Shown piece by piece: positions 17,419-27,412 of a stretch of DNA of 37,609 bases (position 1 is the stretch's first letter; the number at the start of each line of letters is the position of its first letter). Origin of the DNA: Candidatus Heimdallarchaeota archaeon (lineage in GTDB: Archaea > Asgardarchaeota > Heimdallarchaeia > Heimdallarchaeales > Heimdallarchaeaceae). A model generated the notes under the pieces. That model was given only the letters and a program-made list of their open reading frames with translations, did no database searches and was not told the origin of the DNA. The position numbers and the translations under genes are program-made. The DNA lies in the NCBI GenBank assembly GCA_030668825.1, contig DAOVET010000022.1:1-37609 (forward strand), given 5' to 3'.

Positions 17419-19251
17419 CTACTTTAACCCTAGTTCTATTATCTTTTCTTCAGAAGGGATTCCATTAACCCATCCTCTTAGTTCGTAATATTCTTCTTTC
17501 ATTGTATCTAAATCTACAGTTTGACCCTTTGAAGGACCTTCAGGCATTTTTTCTTCTAGCAATCTCTTCGGCAATGTATCATCTTTTCCTGTTATTCCAA
17601 ATTTGTTAATGATCATCCTCTCAAGATTAGTTATTCTTTCTCCTATTGTTAGAAGCTCATCTGAATCAACATCCCATCCTGTTACTGGACAGATCATCTC
17701 TGCATATTCATCTAATCCTAGAGCAAATGTAAGGAATAAACAGTTTACAGAAGAGTTAACGATACTGGTGAAATCTTGGAATATTTTGACCAATTCAGCT
17801 TTACCTTCAGTTGTAAATCTGTCTACATCTCCTAGTATTTCTGCTGCAATTGTGTAACCTGTAACATGACATCCTCCTCTGTTTCCAGTGGCATAATTGA
17901 GTCCTATTCCTTTGGCACCACGTGGATCATAAGCTGGCATTTCTAATCCTTTAACAGACATTGATAGATCTGGAGCACCATAATGTTGACACATTTTTCT
18001 AGACCCTTCTCCTATCCAAAAACCAAGTCCTTGTCGAAAAGCTGCCATCCATGTTAGTTCAACGACAGCATCAGCATTACCAAATCGCAGATCTATACCT
18101 TGAAGATCTTCCTCAGGTATCATACCTTTTTCATTCAATTCCATAGCTGCTGCAATAGAAGAGCCAACGCTTATAGTATCCATACCAAATATATCACAAT
18201 AGTGATTTGCTCTGATAACAGCTCCCATATCATTTATTGCTGTAGAACCACCTAAAGCCCAAATAGATTCATATTCTGGACCTTCTGTATATGTTATCTT
18301 ATAATTTCCTTTGTCAACCTTGGTTTTTCTTCCACATGCAACAACACATCCCCAACAGGGATGCTTATTTATTAGGTACTCTTCCGTTAAGGTTTCTCCT
18401 GAGATTTTCTCTGCTTCTGGATTAACACCTGTCTGCCAATTTCTAGTTGGAAGCATACCATTTTGATTGATAATGTTGACTAAAATAGCTGTACCATAAT
18501 TAGGTAAACTTTCTGCTGTAGTATGATGTTCCTTTAGTTTCTCAACATGTTCTTTAACTTTAAGATCAAACTCATCTGGCTTTGCTATAATTGGTTTATT
18601 ATTACCCTCAACAATAATAGCTTTCAAGTTTTTAGAGGCCATAACAGCTCCGAGTCCTGTTCTTCCAGTAGCTCTGTGTTCTTCATTCATAATAACTGCC
18701 AAAGGAACTAGATTCTCTGCTGCAGGTCCTATGCAAGAAACTCCTGCTCTCTTTTTATCATGTTTGTTCCTTAGATGACTTGAGGTCTCAACTGAATTCT
18801 TACCCCAAAGTTTTGTTGCATCATGAATTTCTACAGATCCATCTATAATAGAGATATATACGGGATTTTCAGCTTTACCTATAACTACAATACCATCATA
18901 TCCTGCAAATTTGAGTTTAGCTCCCCATCGACCTCCTGAATTACCTGAACCAATTGAACCTGTCAAAGGGGATTTTAATGCCATGACATGATGACGCCCA
19001 CTATTTGGAGACCTTGTTCCAGTAACTGGTCCTGTAGCAAAAATAAGCATGTTTTCAGAAGATAATGCATCAAAATCCTTGACATTAATGCCTTTTTCCT
19101 CAAGTTTACTGACATATTTCCATAAAAGATGAACTGCTATTCCTTTACCTCCCACAAATTGACGAAGTATATCTTCAGAAATCGAAAAATCTTTGAATTC
19201 TTTAAGAGTTAAATTAACTTTTAACCATTTATTCATGTAGCCAAATTCCAT
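17419..19251 (-). CDS. aor: Tungsten-dependent aldehyde:ferredoxin oxidoreductase
   Basis: KSPLTG, GRTGLGAVMASKNLKAI, CWGCVVAC, EGPEYE, DIFGMDTIS, YDPRG and NRGGCH. True start is probably ATG 19251 (MEFGYMNK, 610 aa). The track's extension to 19425 overlaps the divergent gene. Confidence 0.93.
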   Translation of the reverse strand: MEFGYMNKWLKVNLTLKEFKDFSISEDILRQFVGGKGIAVHLLWKYVSKLEEKGINVKDFDALSSENMLIFATGPVTGTRSPNSGRHHVMALKSPLTGSIGSGNSGGRWGAKLKFAGYDGIVVIGKAENPVYISIIDGSVEIHDATKLWGKNSVETSSHLRNKHDKKRAGVSCIGPAAENLVPLAVIMNEEHRATGRTGLGAVMASKNLKAIIVEGNNKPIIAKPDEFDLKVKEHVEKLKEHHTTAESLPNYGTAILVNIINQNGMLPTRNWQTGVNPEAEKISGETLTEEYLINKHPCWGCVVACGRKTKVDKGNYKITYTEGPEYESIWALGGSTAINDMGAVIRANHYCDIFGMDTISVGSSIAAAMELNEKGMIPEEDLQGIDLRFGNADAVVELTWMAAFRQGLGFWIGEGSRKMCQHYGAPDLSMSVKGLEMPAYDPRGAKGIGLNYATGNRGGCHVTGYTIAAEILGDVDRFTTEGKAELVKIFQDFTSIVNSSVNCLFLTFALGLDEYAEMICPVTGWDVDSDELLTIGERITNLERMIINKFGITGKDDTLPKRLLEEKMPEGPSKGQTVDLDTMKEEYYELRGWVNGIPSEEKIIELGLK

Positions 19252-19372
19252 TTTAATACACCTAGACTGTGAATTGTGATAGAAGTAACCTTTCAACAGA
19301 TATAAATCTATCTGCAAAAATAGCGTATTTCTACTAATAGTTATATTTTTTAAATTTGAACCTAAAAGCAGA

Positions 19373-20704
19373 ATGGTAATGTTGTCAGAATATCCAAAGC
19401 TTTTACAAGTTGAACCAACAAACAAATGTAATTATTCATGTTCGATGTGTCTTAATGCATTTGGAAATTCTGAAAACCATTTTCTTTCTTTAAAGAGTTT
19501 TCAGTCACTAGCTGAAGAAATCTTTCCAAATCTAGATAAGCTTGTACTATATGGATTTGGAGAACCTCTAATACATCCTGATTTCATAGAAATGTTAGAG
19601 ATATCAAGAAAATATTTACCCCCAGAAAGTATAGTCTCATTTACGACTAATGGGTCACTACTCAATAAGAATAAAGTTGATGCTATAGTTGATAGACATC
19701 TAGCAGATGAGATTGTTTTTTCCTGCGACATGTTATTAAATAACAAAATAAAACCTGAGCTTCATTCCTTAGAAAATGAGAATGTAGAAGCAAATTTAAG
19801 ATATCTAATTGAAAGAAACGCAAACAAGAAAGTTCGAATAGGGATTCAATCTGTTCTAATGAAATCCAATGTTAATCAGATTGAGGGTATTATTTCCAAA
19901 TTTGGATCAATGGGAATTGATTTCATAGCATTAAGTCATCTTTTTCCATTCTTTGATAATTTACAGGAAGAAGTTCTATTCACTATGATATCACAAGAAG
20001 CATTATCAATATTGAAAGAAAATAGTAATCAGTGGAAAGAGATAATTCTTGGTGTATCCAAAGAAAAATTCGCAGAGAAAATGCAGGAAACATATAAACA
20101 ATTATACAAAAATAAGGCGAATATCAAACCTAAAATTAGACCTTTTTCTGAAATCTATGGGAAAGCTCAAGCAAAAGCAAAAGAAAAAAATGTCCATCTT
20201 AATATTTCATTATACATCAAGGAAAAAGATAGACTCAAAGCCTTATATGAACTAGAGAAACTTTTCAAAAAGTTTAGTAATATTGCAGAAGAAAGAGATA
20301 TTGAGTTGATTTTACCTGCAATTTTTCCAAAATTCTCCGATAGAAAATGCCCATTTCAGACAGCAAATGCTTCTGTTATTAGATCAGATGGAAATGTTGT
20401 TCCTTGCTTCAAATATTTATGGGATCATGAATCATATCTAAATAATCATGTAAGAAAAAACTCTTCATTTACATTCGGAAATATACATCAGAAGCCTTTT
20501 CTAGAAATATGGAAAAGTGAACAATATCTTAAATTTCGCTTAAAAATAGCAGAAATGAATAAATCTATCCCTTATTGTGGTGATTGTAGTTTATCAAGCA
20601 ATAACTGTTTTTATGCTATAGAAGATACATCTGATTGCTGGGGAAATATGCCATTTTGTTCTGAATGTCCTTATAGCTTAAATCTCACTAAATGCATAAT
20701 ATAG
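19373..20704 (+). CDS. Radical SAM/SPASM protein, tungsten-cofactor oxidoreductase maturase (Cmo-like)
   Basis: CNYSCSMC, YGFGEP, TTNG and a Cys-rich SPASM tail (CPF, VPC, CGDC, NC, DCWG, PFCSECPY). Divergent from aor. Confidence 0.8.
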   Translation: MVMLSEYPKLLQVEPTNKCNYSCSMCLNAFGNSENHFLSLKSFQSLAEEIFPNLDKLVLYGFGEPLIHPDFIEMLEISRKYLPPESIVSFTTNGSLLNKNKVDAIVDRHLADEIVFSCDMLLNNKIKPELHSLENENVEANLRYLIERNANKKVRIGIQSVLMKSNVNQIEGIISKFGSMGIDFIALSHLFPFFDNLQEEVLFTMISQEALSILKENSNQWKEIILGVSKEKFAEKMQETYKQLYKNKANIKPKIRPFSEIYGKAQAKAKEKNVHLNISLYIKEKDRLKALYELEKLFKKFSNIAEERDIELILPAIFPKFSDRKCPFQTANASVIRSDGNVVPCFKYLWDHESYLNNHVRKNSSFTFGNIHQKPFLEIWKSEQYLKFRLKIAEMNKSIPYCGDCSLSSNNCFYAIEDTSDCWGNMPFCSECPYSLNLTKCII

Positions 20705-20816
20705 ACCCTATGAAATTTTAAATAAGACGAGATTCTTTTTAGAAAAATGTAAGTTATTCTTTTAAACAAGGATATATTTTTATTTACTAATTTTCAAGTT
20801 ATTCACAAGTGATTAA

Positions 20817-21215
20817 ATGACAGGGAAAAAAGAAGAATGGAAAATTAAATATTCACATCCCAAATCTGCTCTTGTAACGTTACACGTAAATGATATGGAC
20901 AGAGCTATTCAATTCTATCAAGATGTGTTTAATTACAAAGTAAGTTGGAATGAAGCTCGCCAACTAGGCTGGGTAGAGATGAGTACTCATCTAGATGGAT
21001 TATTCATCGGTCTAAACGAAAGTGTTCATGGGTTAGCAGAAAACCAAACAGCTTTCACAATTAATGTTTCTAACCTAAAAGAAACCAAGGATTATTTAGA
21101 CAGTAAGGGCGTAGATACGACAAAAATTGAAGAATTTACAGGGATGATCGCTATGTTTTTCTTTGTCGACTCGGAAGGAAACAGAATAGCTATGGCAAGT
21201 TCTTCACGTAAATAA
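20817..21215 (+). CDS. VOC/glyoxalase family protein
   Basis: LHVNDMDRAIQFYQDVF and FFFVDSEGNRI. Confidence 0.88.
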   Translation: MTGKKEEWKIKYSHPKSALVTLHVNDMDRAIQFYQDVFNYKVSWNEARQLGWVEMSTHLDGLFIGLNESVHGLAENQTAFTINVSNLKETKDYLDSKGVDTTKIEEFTGMIAMFFFVDSEGNRIAMASSSRK

Positions 21216-21230
21216 AATAAAAGAATGATT

Positions 21231-22538
21231 TTAGTTGAAATATTCTAATGTTTTCTTACGTGCGTCATTTATTACCTCTTCTGGGAATTCCTCGAACACG
21301 AAATCAAGTACTTTGATGGCTTTAGAATCCAATTCAATGGCTTGATCTTTTTCTTCTTTCGTTCTGAATTGAGCCCTTGTAGTCATTTTGATAAGAGCTA
21401 AGAACATATTCTCCAAAAAACCAAAAAAAGTAGTATTTCCTTCGACAAAAGGTCTGGAAAATTCTAGATAGAATCCTAAAACTTGAGGATTAAGATCTAA
21501 AGTATTAGGTTCATCAAAAACATGAAAAGGAAAGGCATTTCCTAGCCCACCATCAACGATATAATTCACTGGGTGTTCTTTATTAAAGACTGACTTAAAC
21601 TCTCCATCCACAATACACATGCTAACTGGCTTGAAGATTATAGGAATGCTAATAGACATTCGAATAGCATCTGCAACACACAAATCTTTCCACCGTTCAT
21701 TATTTCTAAAGTAATAGGTTTCATTTGCAGCAACATCGAATCCTGTGACTACTAAATCAATCTGGAACTCTTCTTGAAACTGTTTGAAGGTACAATTCTT
21801 AATTCCTGATTTAACCTCTATGTAGTTATCAATTAAGTTCCTGAATTTTTCAGCTAAAAAGAAACCATATTCATATCTCAAACTACTAAAACTCTCTGTA
21901 GGACTACCCAAGATCATATCCATTGCAGTTTTAATTGTTTTATTATGTACGAGTTCAGGAACAGAGGGAATAATTCCATGCTTAGGAATATCTTCAACAT
22001 CAGTTTTTCTAGCCTCATAGTAAACATACCCTTTGAAGAGAGTAGCTAAGAACTTAAAGTTAAGTTGTGTAAGATATTTTCCAGGTATTTTTATTAAATC
22101 ACCAAAAGTCTTTTTCTCAGATTCAACAAATGCTTTCATGTACTTATCCACTAGAAGTTGATCTTTTTCTGTAGCTGGATTGTTAATAACACTTGTAGGA
22201 TTATCTTTTGTATAGATTGTTGGAATTCTATCAAATTCTACGGTATCTAATAAATTTTCACTATAATCACTTTTTACGATTTCCTCTACTTCATTTGATG
22301 TATATCCACAGGAAATTAAAAGTGCAGTAATTGAACCTACTGAGGTACCTGAAATCCCATAAATTTTTTCAGGATTAAGACGAAAAACTTGTACTCCATT
22401 GATCTCTTTTTTCACATAAGAAACAATTTCTAGTTCCTCCAAAGCTTGAAGCGCTCCTACGTAGGTAACACCTTTTCCGCCTCCTCCTTCAAAAGCGAGA
22501 AATCTTATATTTTCTTTTGATACCTTCATACAATACAT
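21231..22538 (-). CDS. Patatin-like phospholipase
   Basis: FEGGGGKG, GTSVG nucleophile, DAIRMSISIP and VDGG. Confidence 0.9.
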   Translation of the reverse strand: MYCMKVSKENIRFLAFEGGGGKGVTYVGALQALEELEIVSYVKKEINGVQVFRLNPEKIYGISGTSVGSITALLISCGYTSNEVEEIVKSDYSENLLDTVEFDRIPTIYTKDNPTSVINNPATEKDQLLVDKYMKAFVESEKKTFGDLIKIPGKYLTQLNFKFLATLFKGYVYYEARKTDVEDIPKHGIIPSVPELVHNKTIKTAMDMILGSPTESFSSLRYEYGFFLAEKFRNLIDNYIEVKSGIKNCTFKQFQEEFQIDLVVTGFDVAANETYYFRNNERWKDLCVADAIRMSISIPIIFKPVSMCIVDGEFKSVFNKEHPVNYIVDGGLGNAFPFHVFDEPNTLDLNPQVLGFYLEFSRPFVEGNTTFFGFLENMFLALIKMTTRAQFRTKEEKDQAIELDSKAIKVLDFVFEEFPEEVINDARKKTLEYFN

Positions 22539-22628
22539 TCTATTCTATTTTTCATTTATAATTCTATTTGAGTGGAGATAAAAACAAAAATTAGGTGAAA
22601 AATTTAAGAATACCAAGTTTAATGGAAA

Positions 22629-23150
22629 ATGATGATCAAATTTCATAAATATAATTCTTCATTACACAGAGCTGAATTTGTGGATATGAATAAAGCTTAT
22701 CTAAATTGGATACGCGATGAATCTCTCTAATACTTTGAAATCAATTTTGATGATATAATAGGTCCAATTGATGACTACGTGGAGAAATTGATGCCTGAAT
22801 TGGAATCTTGGGTTCCACCTAGAGGAATAATATAAATAGTTTTTTTTGATGATAAAATCGCAGGAATGGGGGGATTGAAGAGAAATACTGCTGATATTGC
22901 AGAAATCAAAAGAATGTATGTAAAGCCAGATTTCAGAGGTAAAGGTCTAGGTAAGGCTATAATGAATCAATTAATAGGTACTGCAAAAAATTTCGGATAT
23001 TCCAAATTACAGCTAGATACAGGACCTTTTATGAAAGCTGCACATAAAATCTATAAATCGGCGGGTTTCAATGAAATTGAAGAATATCCTAAAGCTGAAG
23101 TTCCCCAAGAAGTTAGATTTGATTGGTTTTTTATGGAAAAAAATCTCTAA
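22629..23150 (+). pseudogene. GNAT acetyltransferase interrupted by two in-frame TAA codons
   Basis: Continuous frame from ATG 22629 (MMIKFHKYNSSLHRAEFVDMNKAYLNW...) with TAA at 22728-30 and 22833-35, leading into EIKRMYVKPDFRGKGLGK...LDT...AHKIYKSAGF. Confidence 0.8.
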
Positions 23151-23464
23151 GGCCATTCCAGTTTGAACTTAACTTTCTTTGCTACAGCTCTATAGAATTT
23201 CATAACAACTCCAAATTCACTGAGTTGCTCTTTGGAAATGAAAATTAAATTGTATTCAAGTAGATCAAGAATATGTCTTTTTATCGTTCCTGGATTCATA
23301 CTTGTTTTGTGTTTAAGATCAATAATAGTCATATCATTTTTTATTAGTAATTTCAATATTTCTTCCTTTTTCTGATGAAAGATTATAGGCACAGCCGCAG
23401 GATCTGTAATAGTTATTTCTTCTTCGACTGAAGAGAAGTTTTTTTCATCCTTATCCCTGGGCAT
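23147..23464 (-). CDS. ArsR-like winged helix transcriptional regulator
   Basis: EILKLLIKNDMTIIDLKHKTSMNPGTIKRHILDLLEYNLI...KFYRAVA. Confidence 0.85.
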   Translation of the reverse strand: MPRDKDEKNFSSVEEEITITDPAAVPIIFHQKKEEILKLLIKNDMTIIDLKHKTSMNPGTIKRHILDLLEYNLIFISKEQLSEFGVVMKFYRAVAKKVKFKLEWP

Positions 23465-23473
23465 TTTTTCACC

Positions 23474-24385
23474 TCATTTTTCCTTCAAAGAATCATCAGT
23501 TTCTGTTTCTACAGATTTGCTTTTTGCTTTTGGAAGTGGTTTAAATCGCTCAAAATCAGCTGTATTATAGATTCTTGTAGAAATTAAAGCCATCATTGGA
23601 AATCCTATAAATAATCTGTAAATATATACTATGGCTAGAATGGCGATTAAAATTGGTAACACTACCGTTCCTTGTATTGTAGGCAACAATAGAACTAGTG
23701 TTAACGTAACTACCAATACTGGTACTGAAAATAACAGAAAATATAATCCCCATGTCTTAAACAATCGTTTAAAGTTCTTTCTTACAATTCTGAACGATTC
23801 AATAAAACCATTCTTTAAACTTCTTTGAGCGGTTACACTAGGCAAAGTACTATTAAATACAATTACAATAAAGAACAATGCAACAAAACGAAGAATAGTT
23901 GAAACGACAAAGAATATCTCATAATTAGCTTCTATAGGAGTTGGATCATGTTTAGACATTCGTTTGTCAGGAGCAAAGAATCCAAATCCTGTAACAAAGG
24001 TTAGTAAAATATACTTCCACCAGTTTGTCTTAAAATAGACAAAAGCTTTCTTGAATTCTGTAAACATATCTCCTGAAGAGAAAATATCGTAAGCTAAACC
24101 AAATTGACAAAAAAGAAATCCTGATATTATAAGATAAGATAAAGCTGCGAGAAATCCCCAGACTCTAAAAGTTAACTTAAAATCACTAGAAGCACTAGGA
24201 ATTAAATCTGATGGTGTAAGATTTGGAGATATAGCAAATATTGATACAATTATCCCCAAAATTATCCCGTTTATCACTAGAAATGCCAATATGGCAAATA
24301 TTTCAGTAGCAATAAAAGCTTTATAATTTGTTTTGAACATCTGCCAACTTATCTTGAAATCGTTTTTTGTTTCAGAATTTTCCAT
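23474..24385 (-). CDS. Polytopic membrane protein
   Basis: About 6 hydrophobic segments, FKISWQMFKTNY and SLKNGFIESFRIVRKNF helices. GAGGTGA couples it to the downstream regulator. Confidence 0.8.
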   Translation of the reverse strand: MENSETKNDFKISWQMFKTNYKAFIATEIFAILAFLVINGIILGIIVSIFAISPNLTPSDLIPSASSDFKLTFRVWGFLAALSYLIISGFLFCQFGLAYDIFSSGDMFTEFKKAFVYFKTNWWKYILLTFVTGFGFFAPDKRMSKHDPTPIEANYEIFFVVSTILRFVALFFIVIVFNSTLPSVTAQRSLKNGFIESFRIVRKNFKRLFKTWGLYFLLFSVPVLVVTLTLVLLLPTIQGTVVLPILIAILAIVYIYRLFIGFPMMALISTRIYNTADFERFKPLPKAKSKSVETETDDSLKEK

Positions 24386-24547
24386 AATATATCAACAAAC
24401 TAGGTTTATATTTATATTTTGTGAATAGTTTATTCTTCTGTTTGTAGAACAAAAACTAATAAAGAGAGAGTATAAACCATCTACTATGACTTCAGTGTGG
24501 GGCGAAAATATTTCAGATGGTTTCTTTACTCTCATTTGTTTGTCTCC

Positions 24548-25420
24548 TTACTTTTGCTGTCTTCTACGGAATAGAAAATAAGCAGCAACTAGAAACACAG
24601 TTGAATATATCAACATCCCTGCAGCTGCACCAGTTGCACTTGGTGTGAGCCATTGAAAACCTGTAGGTGAATCAGGACCTGGTCCTAGAGGTACTTCTCC
24701 GAATCTGTCTACTGGCATGTCTAAGCTAGCTGATATTATGTTACCATAATATGTTAAGAAGAATAATGGTTCAATCTCTATGCCTGTTACTCTTAGGATC
24801 ATGGTTCCCATATTAAATACAAGCAACACCATTAGTAAACTGATCACTATTGTTGTTGAAGATTTTTTCAGAAAACTACTGAAAAATGTAACCATTGAGA
24901 GAACTAAGAATGTATAGAATAAAGCCCATCCCCAAGACGCCCAAATCTCAACAGGTAGAATTTTGTATTTAATCACTGTAGTTATTGCTGTTACTATGTA
25001 AAACACTGTAACTGCAAATGCAGAAAGCAAATATCTAGCTATTATTCTACCTATAAACAATCTACCTTTAGTAATTTTAGGGAACAGTAAGTTTCCTGTC
25101 TGTTTATCATAATCTAAAGCTATTATTGTTCCTCCATACAACACTGCAATAATCAATATGAAAAAACCAACTAAGCTTAGATAGGATGCTGCATACCCAG
25201 ATGCTGTAGTTGGACTTTCAACACCTCTAGATTCACTAATCAAATTAACTATAAATGATAAAAGAAACACTCCAATAGCTATTCCAATTGAAATAAAGAT
25301 ATTCTTAACATTTCTTCTAAATTCAAAGGTTATGGTTGAATTTACTTGTTGAAAACTACGTTTTACTCCAAATGGAATATTTTCAAATCTTGACTTAAAT
25401 ACTCCTTCATGAGTTTCCAT
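24548..25420 (-). CDS. ABC-2 transporter permease
   Basis: Six TM segments and IALDYDKQTGNLLFPKITKGRLFIGR. Directly adjacent to the ATPase gene. Confidence 0.88.
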   Translation of the reverse strand: METHEGVFKSRFENIPFGVKRSFQQVNSTITFEFRRNVKNIFISIGIAIGVFLLSFIVNLISESRGVESPTTASGYAASYLSLVGFFILIIAVLYGGTIIALDYDKQTGNLLFPKITKGRLFIGRIIARYLLSAFAVTVFYIVTAITTVIKYKILPVEIWASWGWALFYTFLVLSMVTFFSSFLKKSSTTIVISLLMVLLVFNMGTMILRVTGIEIEPLFFLTYYGNIISASLDMPVDRFGEVPLGPGPDSPTGFQWLTPSATGAAAGMLIYSTVFLVAAYFLFRRRQQK

Positions 25421-26455
25421 TTAACTTGCCCCTCCTTGATTTTCTAGAGTTAAATTCGTTACTCCCGAGACTAAACTAATATACAGATCTTCAAGTGAGT
25501 TAGTTCTTGGAACAGAAAAGTCAACAACATCAATATTCTCCTTTGTTAACTTTTTGAGGATTTCATGCTGTTTTTCTAAACTTCCATCAAAACGTACCTC
25601 AAATATCTTATTATCTGGATTGAATAAAACGGTTCCTGAACCATTCTTTGACCCTGTTATAGGTTTGATTAATGATTCCAATTGGGCTCGTTTCTGACCT
25701 GTGTCCTCAGGAAGTTTGAGTAATTCTATTTTTAAAATACTGTCTTGAGTGATTGTTTCGAGATTTTCTATAGTATCATAGGCTATTAGTTTTCCATTAT
25801 TGATTATTGCAATACGATCTGAAATTTCACTTACTTCGTACAATAAATGACTGCTAAGGAATATTGTTTTTCCCTTATGTTTCAAATTCACTAATAACTT
25901 TCTTATTTCTCTTCTTGCTTTAGGATCCAAACCAGTCTGAGGTTCATCAAGCACCAATATTTGTGGATCATGTAATATAGCTGAAACAATACCTAGTTTC
26001 TGTTTCATACCTTTTGAAAAAGTACCTATCTTCTTATCAATCCACTCTGATAACTTAACCCAGGAAAGAACTTCTTCTATCCTTTCTGGTATCTTCTTTT
26101 TGGGATATCCCTTTAATTTAGCAAAGTAACTTAAAATCTGTTTAGGAGTCATATGATCATAGAATGTTGGGTTTTCAATTAAGAACCCAATTTGATCTAA
26201 TAATGCATCTTTATTTTGAGCTGTTAAACGTTGTAAGTCACCATTTTCTCTTATCCAAACTTCTCCTTCAGTTGGAAGTAAAAGTCTTGAAATCATTTTC
26301 ATATTTGTGGTCTTCCCGGCGCCATTTGGACCGAGTAAACTTATGATTTCCCCTCTTTTTACATCTAACGAGAAGTTGGATACAGCTGTAAAATCACCAA
26401 ATTTTTTGGTTAAATTTCGTAAGCTGATTACAATTTCTTCATTTTTTTCAGTCAT
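25421..26455 (-). CDS. ABC transporter ATP-binding protein (CcmA/DrrA-type)
   Basis: Walker A GPNGAGKTT, signature FSKGMKQK, Walker B LVLDEP and SSH. Confidence 0.95.
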   Translation of the reverse strand: MTEKNEEIVISLRNLTKKFGDFTAVSNFSLDVKRGEIISLLGPNGAGKTTNMKMISRLLLPTEGEVWIRENGDLQRLTAQNKDALLDQIGFLIENPTFYDHMTPKQILSYFAKLKGYPKKKIPERIEEVLSWVKLSEWIDKKIGTFSKGMKQKLGIVSAILHDPQILVLDEPQTGLDPKARREIRKLLVNLKHKGKTIFLSSHLLYEVSEISDRIAIINNGKLIAYDTIENLETITQDSILKIELLKLPEDTGQKRAQLESLIKPITGSKNGSGTVLFNPDNKIFEVRFDGSLEKQHEILKKLTKENIDVVDFSVPRTNSLEDLYISLVSGVTNLTLENQGGAS

Positions 26456-26469
26456 TTAATCACTTGCCC

Positions 26470-26539
26470 TTGCAAAATATGCAAACACTAACTGACTTTA
26501 ACACAAGGGATATATAAACGTTTGCAATTAACGCAAACG
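26470..26539 (-). promoter_or_regulatory. ABC operon promoter with two TTGC-N7-GCAA palindromes flanking the TATA box
   Basis: TTGC-AAAATAT-GCAA at 26470-84 and CGTTTGC-AATTAAC-GCAAACG at 26519-39. Minus-strand TTTATATA at 26511-18. Confidence 0.65.
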
Positions 26540-26544
26540 CCATG

Positions 26545-26737
26545 GTTAATAGAAAAGAAAAGTTATTCTTCTTGCTTGAATTCTTCTCTCATTTTTGAAA
26601 CCAATTCAGGATTAGTTAAGACATTAATAGCAGTCATAGCTAAAGCTTTAGCTGCAAATATCATTTGATTTTGACCATAATCTGAAATAGCTACTTTTGC
26701 AAAATCTATTAAATGGGCGTTAATTTCATTTTCACTT
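26545..26737 (-). repeat. 193-bp direct repeat copy 1: displaced 3' end of the M20 amidohydrolase gene
   Basis: Matches 28068..28260 with 7 substitutions and no indels (manual alignment). Confidence 0.95.
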
Positions 26738-26793
26738 CTCATTCTCTAATAATTTCACTGCCGAACAAAACTTTCGACAAAACTACTCCATAT

Positions 26794-27399
26794 TTATACT
26801 AATGGTTTAACCTTTCCTTGTATTAATTGCTGAAGTTCTTCAGCTAGTATTTGTTCGGCATATTTGGAATACTCAAGCTCTTTTTCTGCTCTTAGTTTAT
26901 ATCCTGAGCATATTTTTCCTGTCTTTAGCTCACTACAACTTTCACAAAGATCTCTTTCCTTGCGTTTATGTTTGTGAATTATTCTAAATGTTAGATATGT
27001 AACTAATATTGAGACCATCATTATAATTCTATGACTCCATTTAGACAGAATGAATATTGAAAAAAAGATGGCTCCTAAATCGAATCCATTAAGAAACCTT
27101 GCTATTCGCTTAAACATACGAGGCAATTTGACTACTTGAACTACAAAAGTTGGTACCATAAGAGATACTCCAATAATCGCCCATATTTGAAAACTAAATG
27201 AAGGATTAGAAATAATGCCAGTTAAAAGACCGATCACTAATCCTGAATAAATTAGAGTACAACCTTGGCACAAGTAAATATTCCCTATTTTAAATACTTG
27301 ATCGCTGTAATTCCGACATAATGGATGATGCGCAAACTTGAATCTCCACGTGAGTTTTAGTTTGAATATATTTAGTTTCAAACGCTTAAGGAATTTCAT
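26794..27399 (-). CDS. Cys/His-rich membrane protein (DUF2085-like)
   Basis: HHPLC, LCQGCTLIYSG (compare the CARCTGIYLG-type motif), four TM segments and C-terminal CESC..C. Confidence 0.65.
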   Translation of the reverse strand: MKFLKRLKLNIFKLKLTWRFKFAHHPLCRNYSDQVFKIGNIYLCQGCTLIYSGLVIGLLTGIISNPSFSFQIWAIIGVSLMVPTFVVQVVKLPRMFKRIARFLNGFDLGAIFFSIFILSKWSHRIIMMVSILVTYLTFRIIHKHKRKERDLCESCSELKTGKICSGYKLRAEKELEYSKYAEQILAEELQQLIQGKVKPLV

Positions 27400-27412
27400 T
27401 GATCTTATCTTT

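Noticed and set aside
19252-19425. N-terminal extension of AOR in the ORF track
   Set aside because: It overlaps the divergent radical SAM gene and promoter, and AOR homology starts at MEFGYMNK (19251).
22629-23150. Stop-codon reassignment, selenocysteine or pyrrolysine
   Set aside because: Both internal stops are TAA, not TGA or TAG, and TAA is used as a normal terminator throughout the window.
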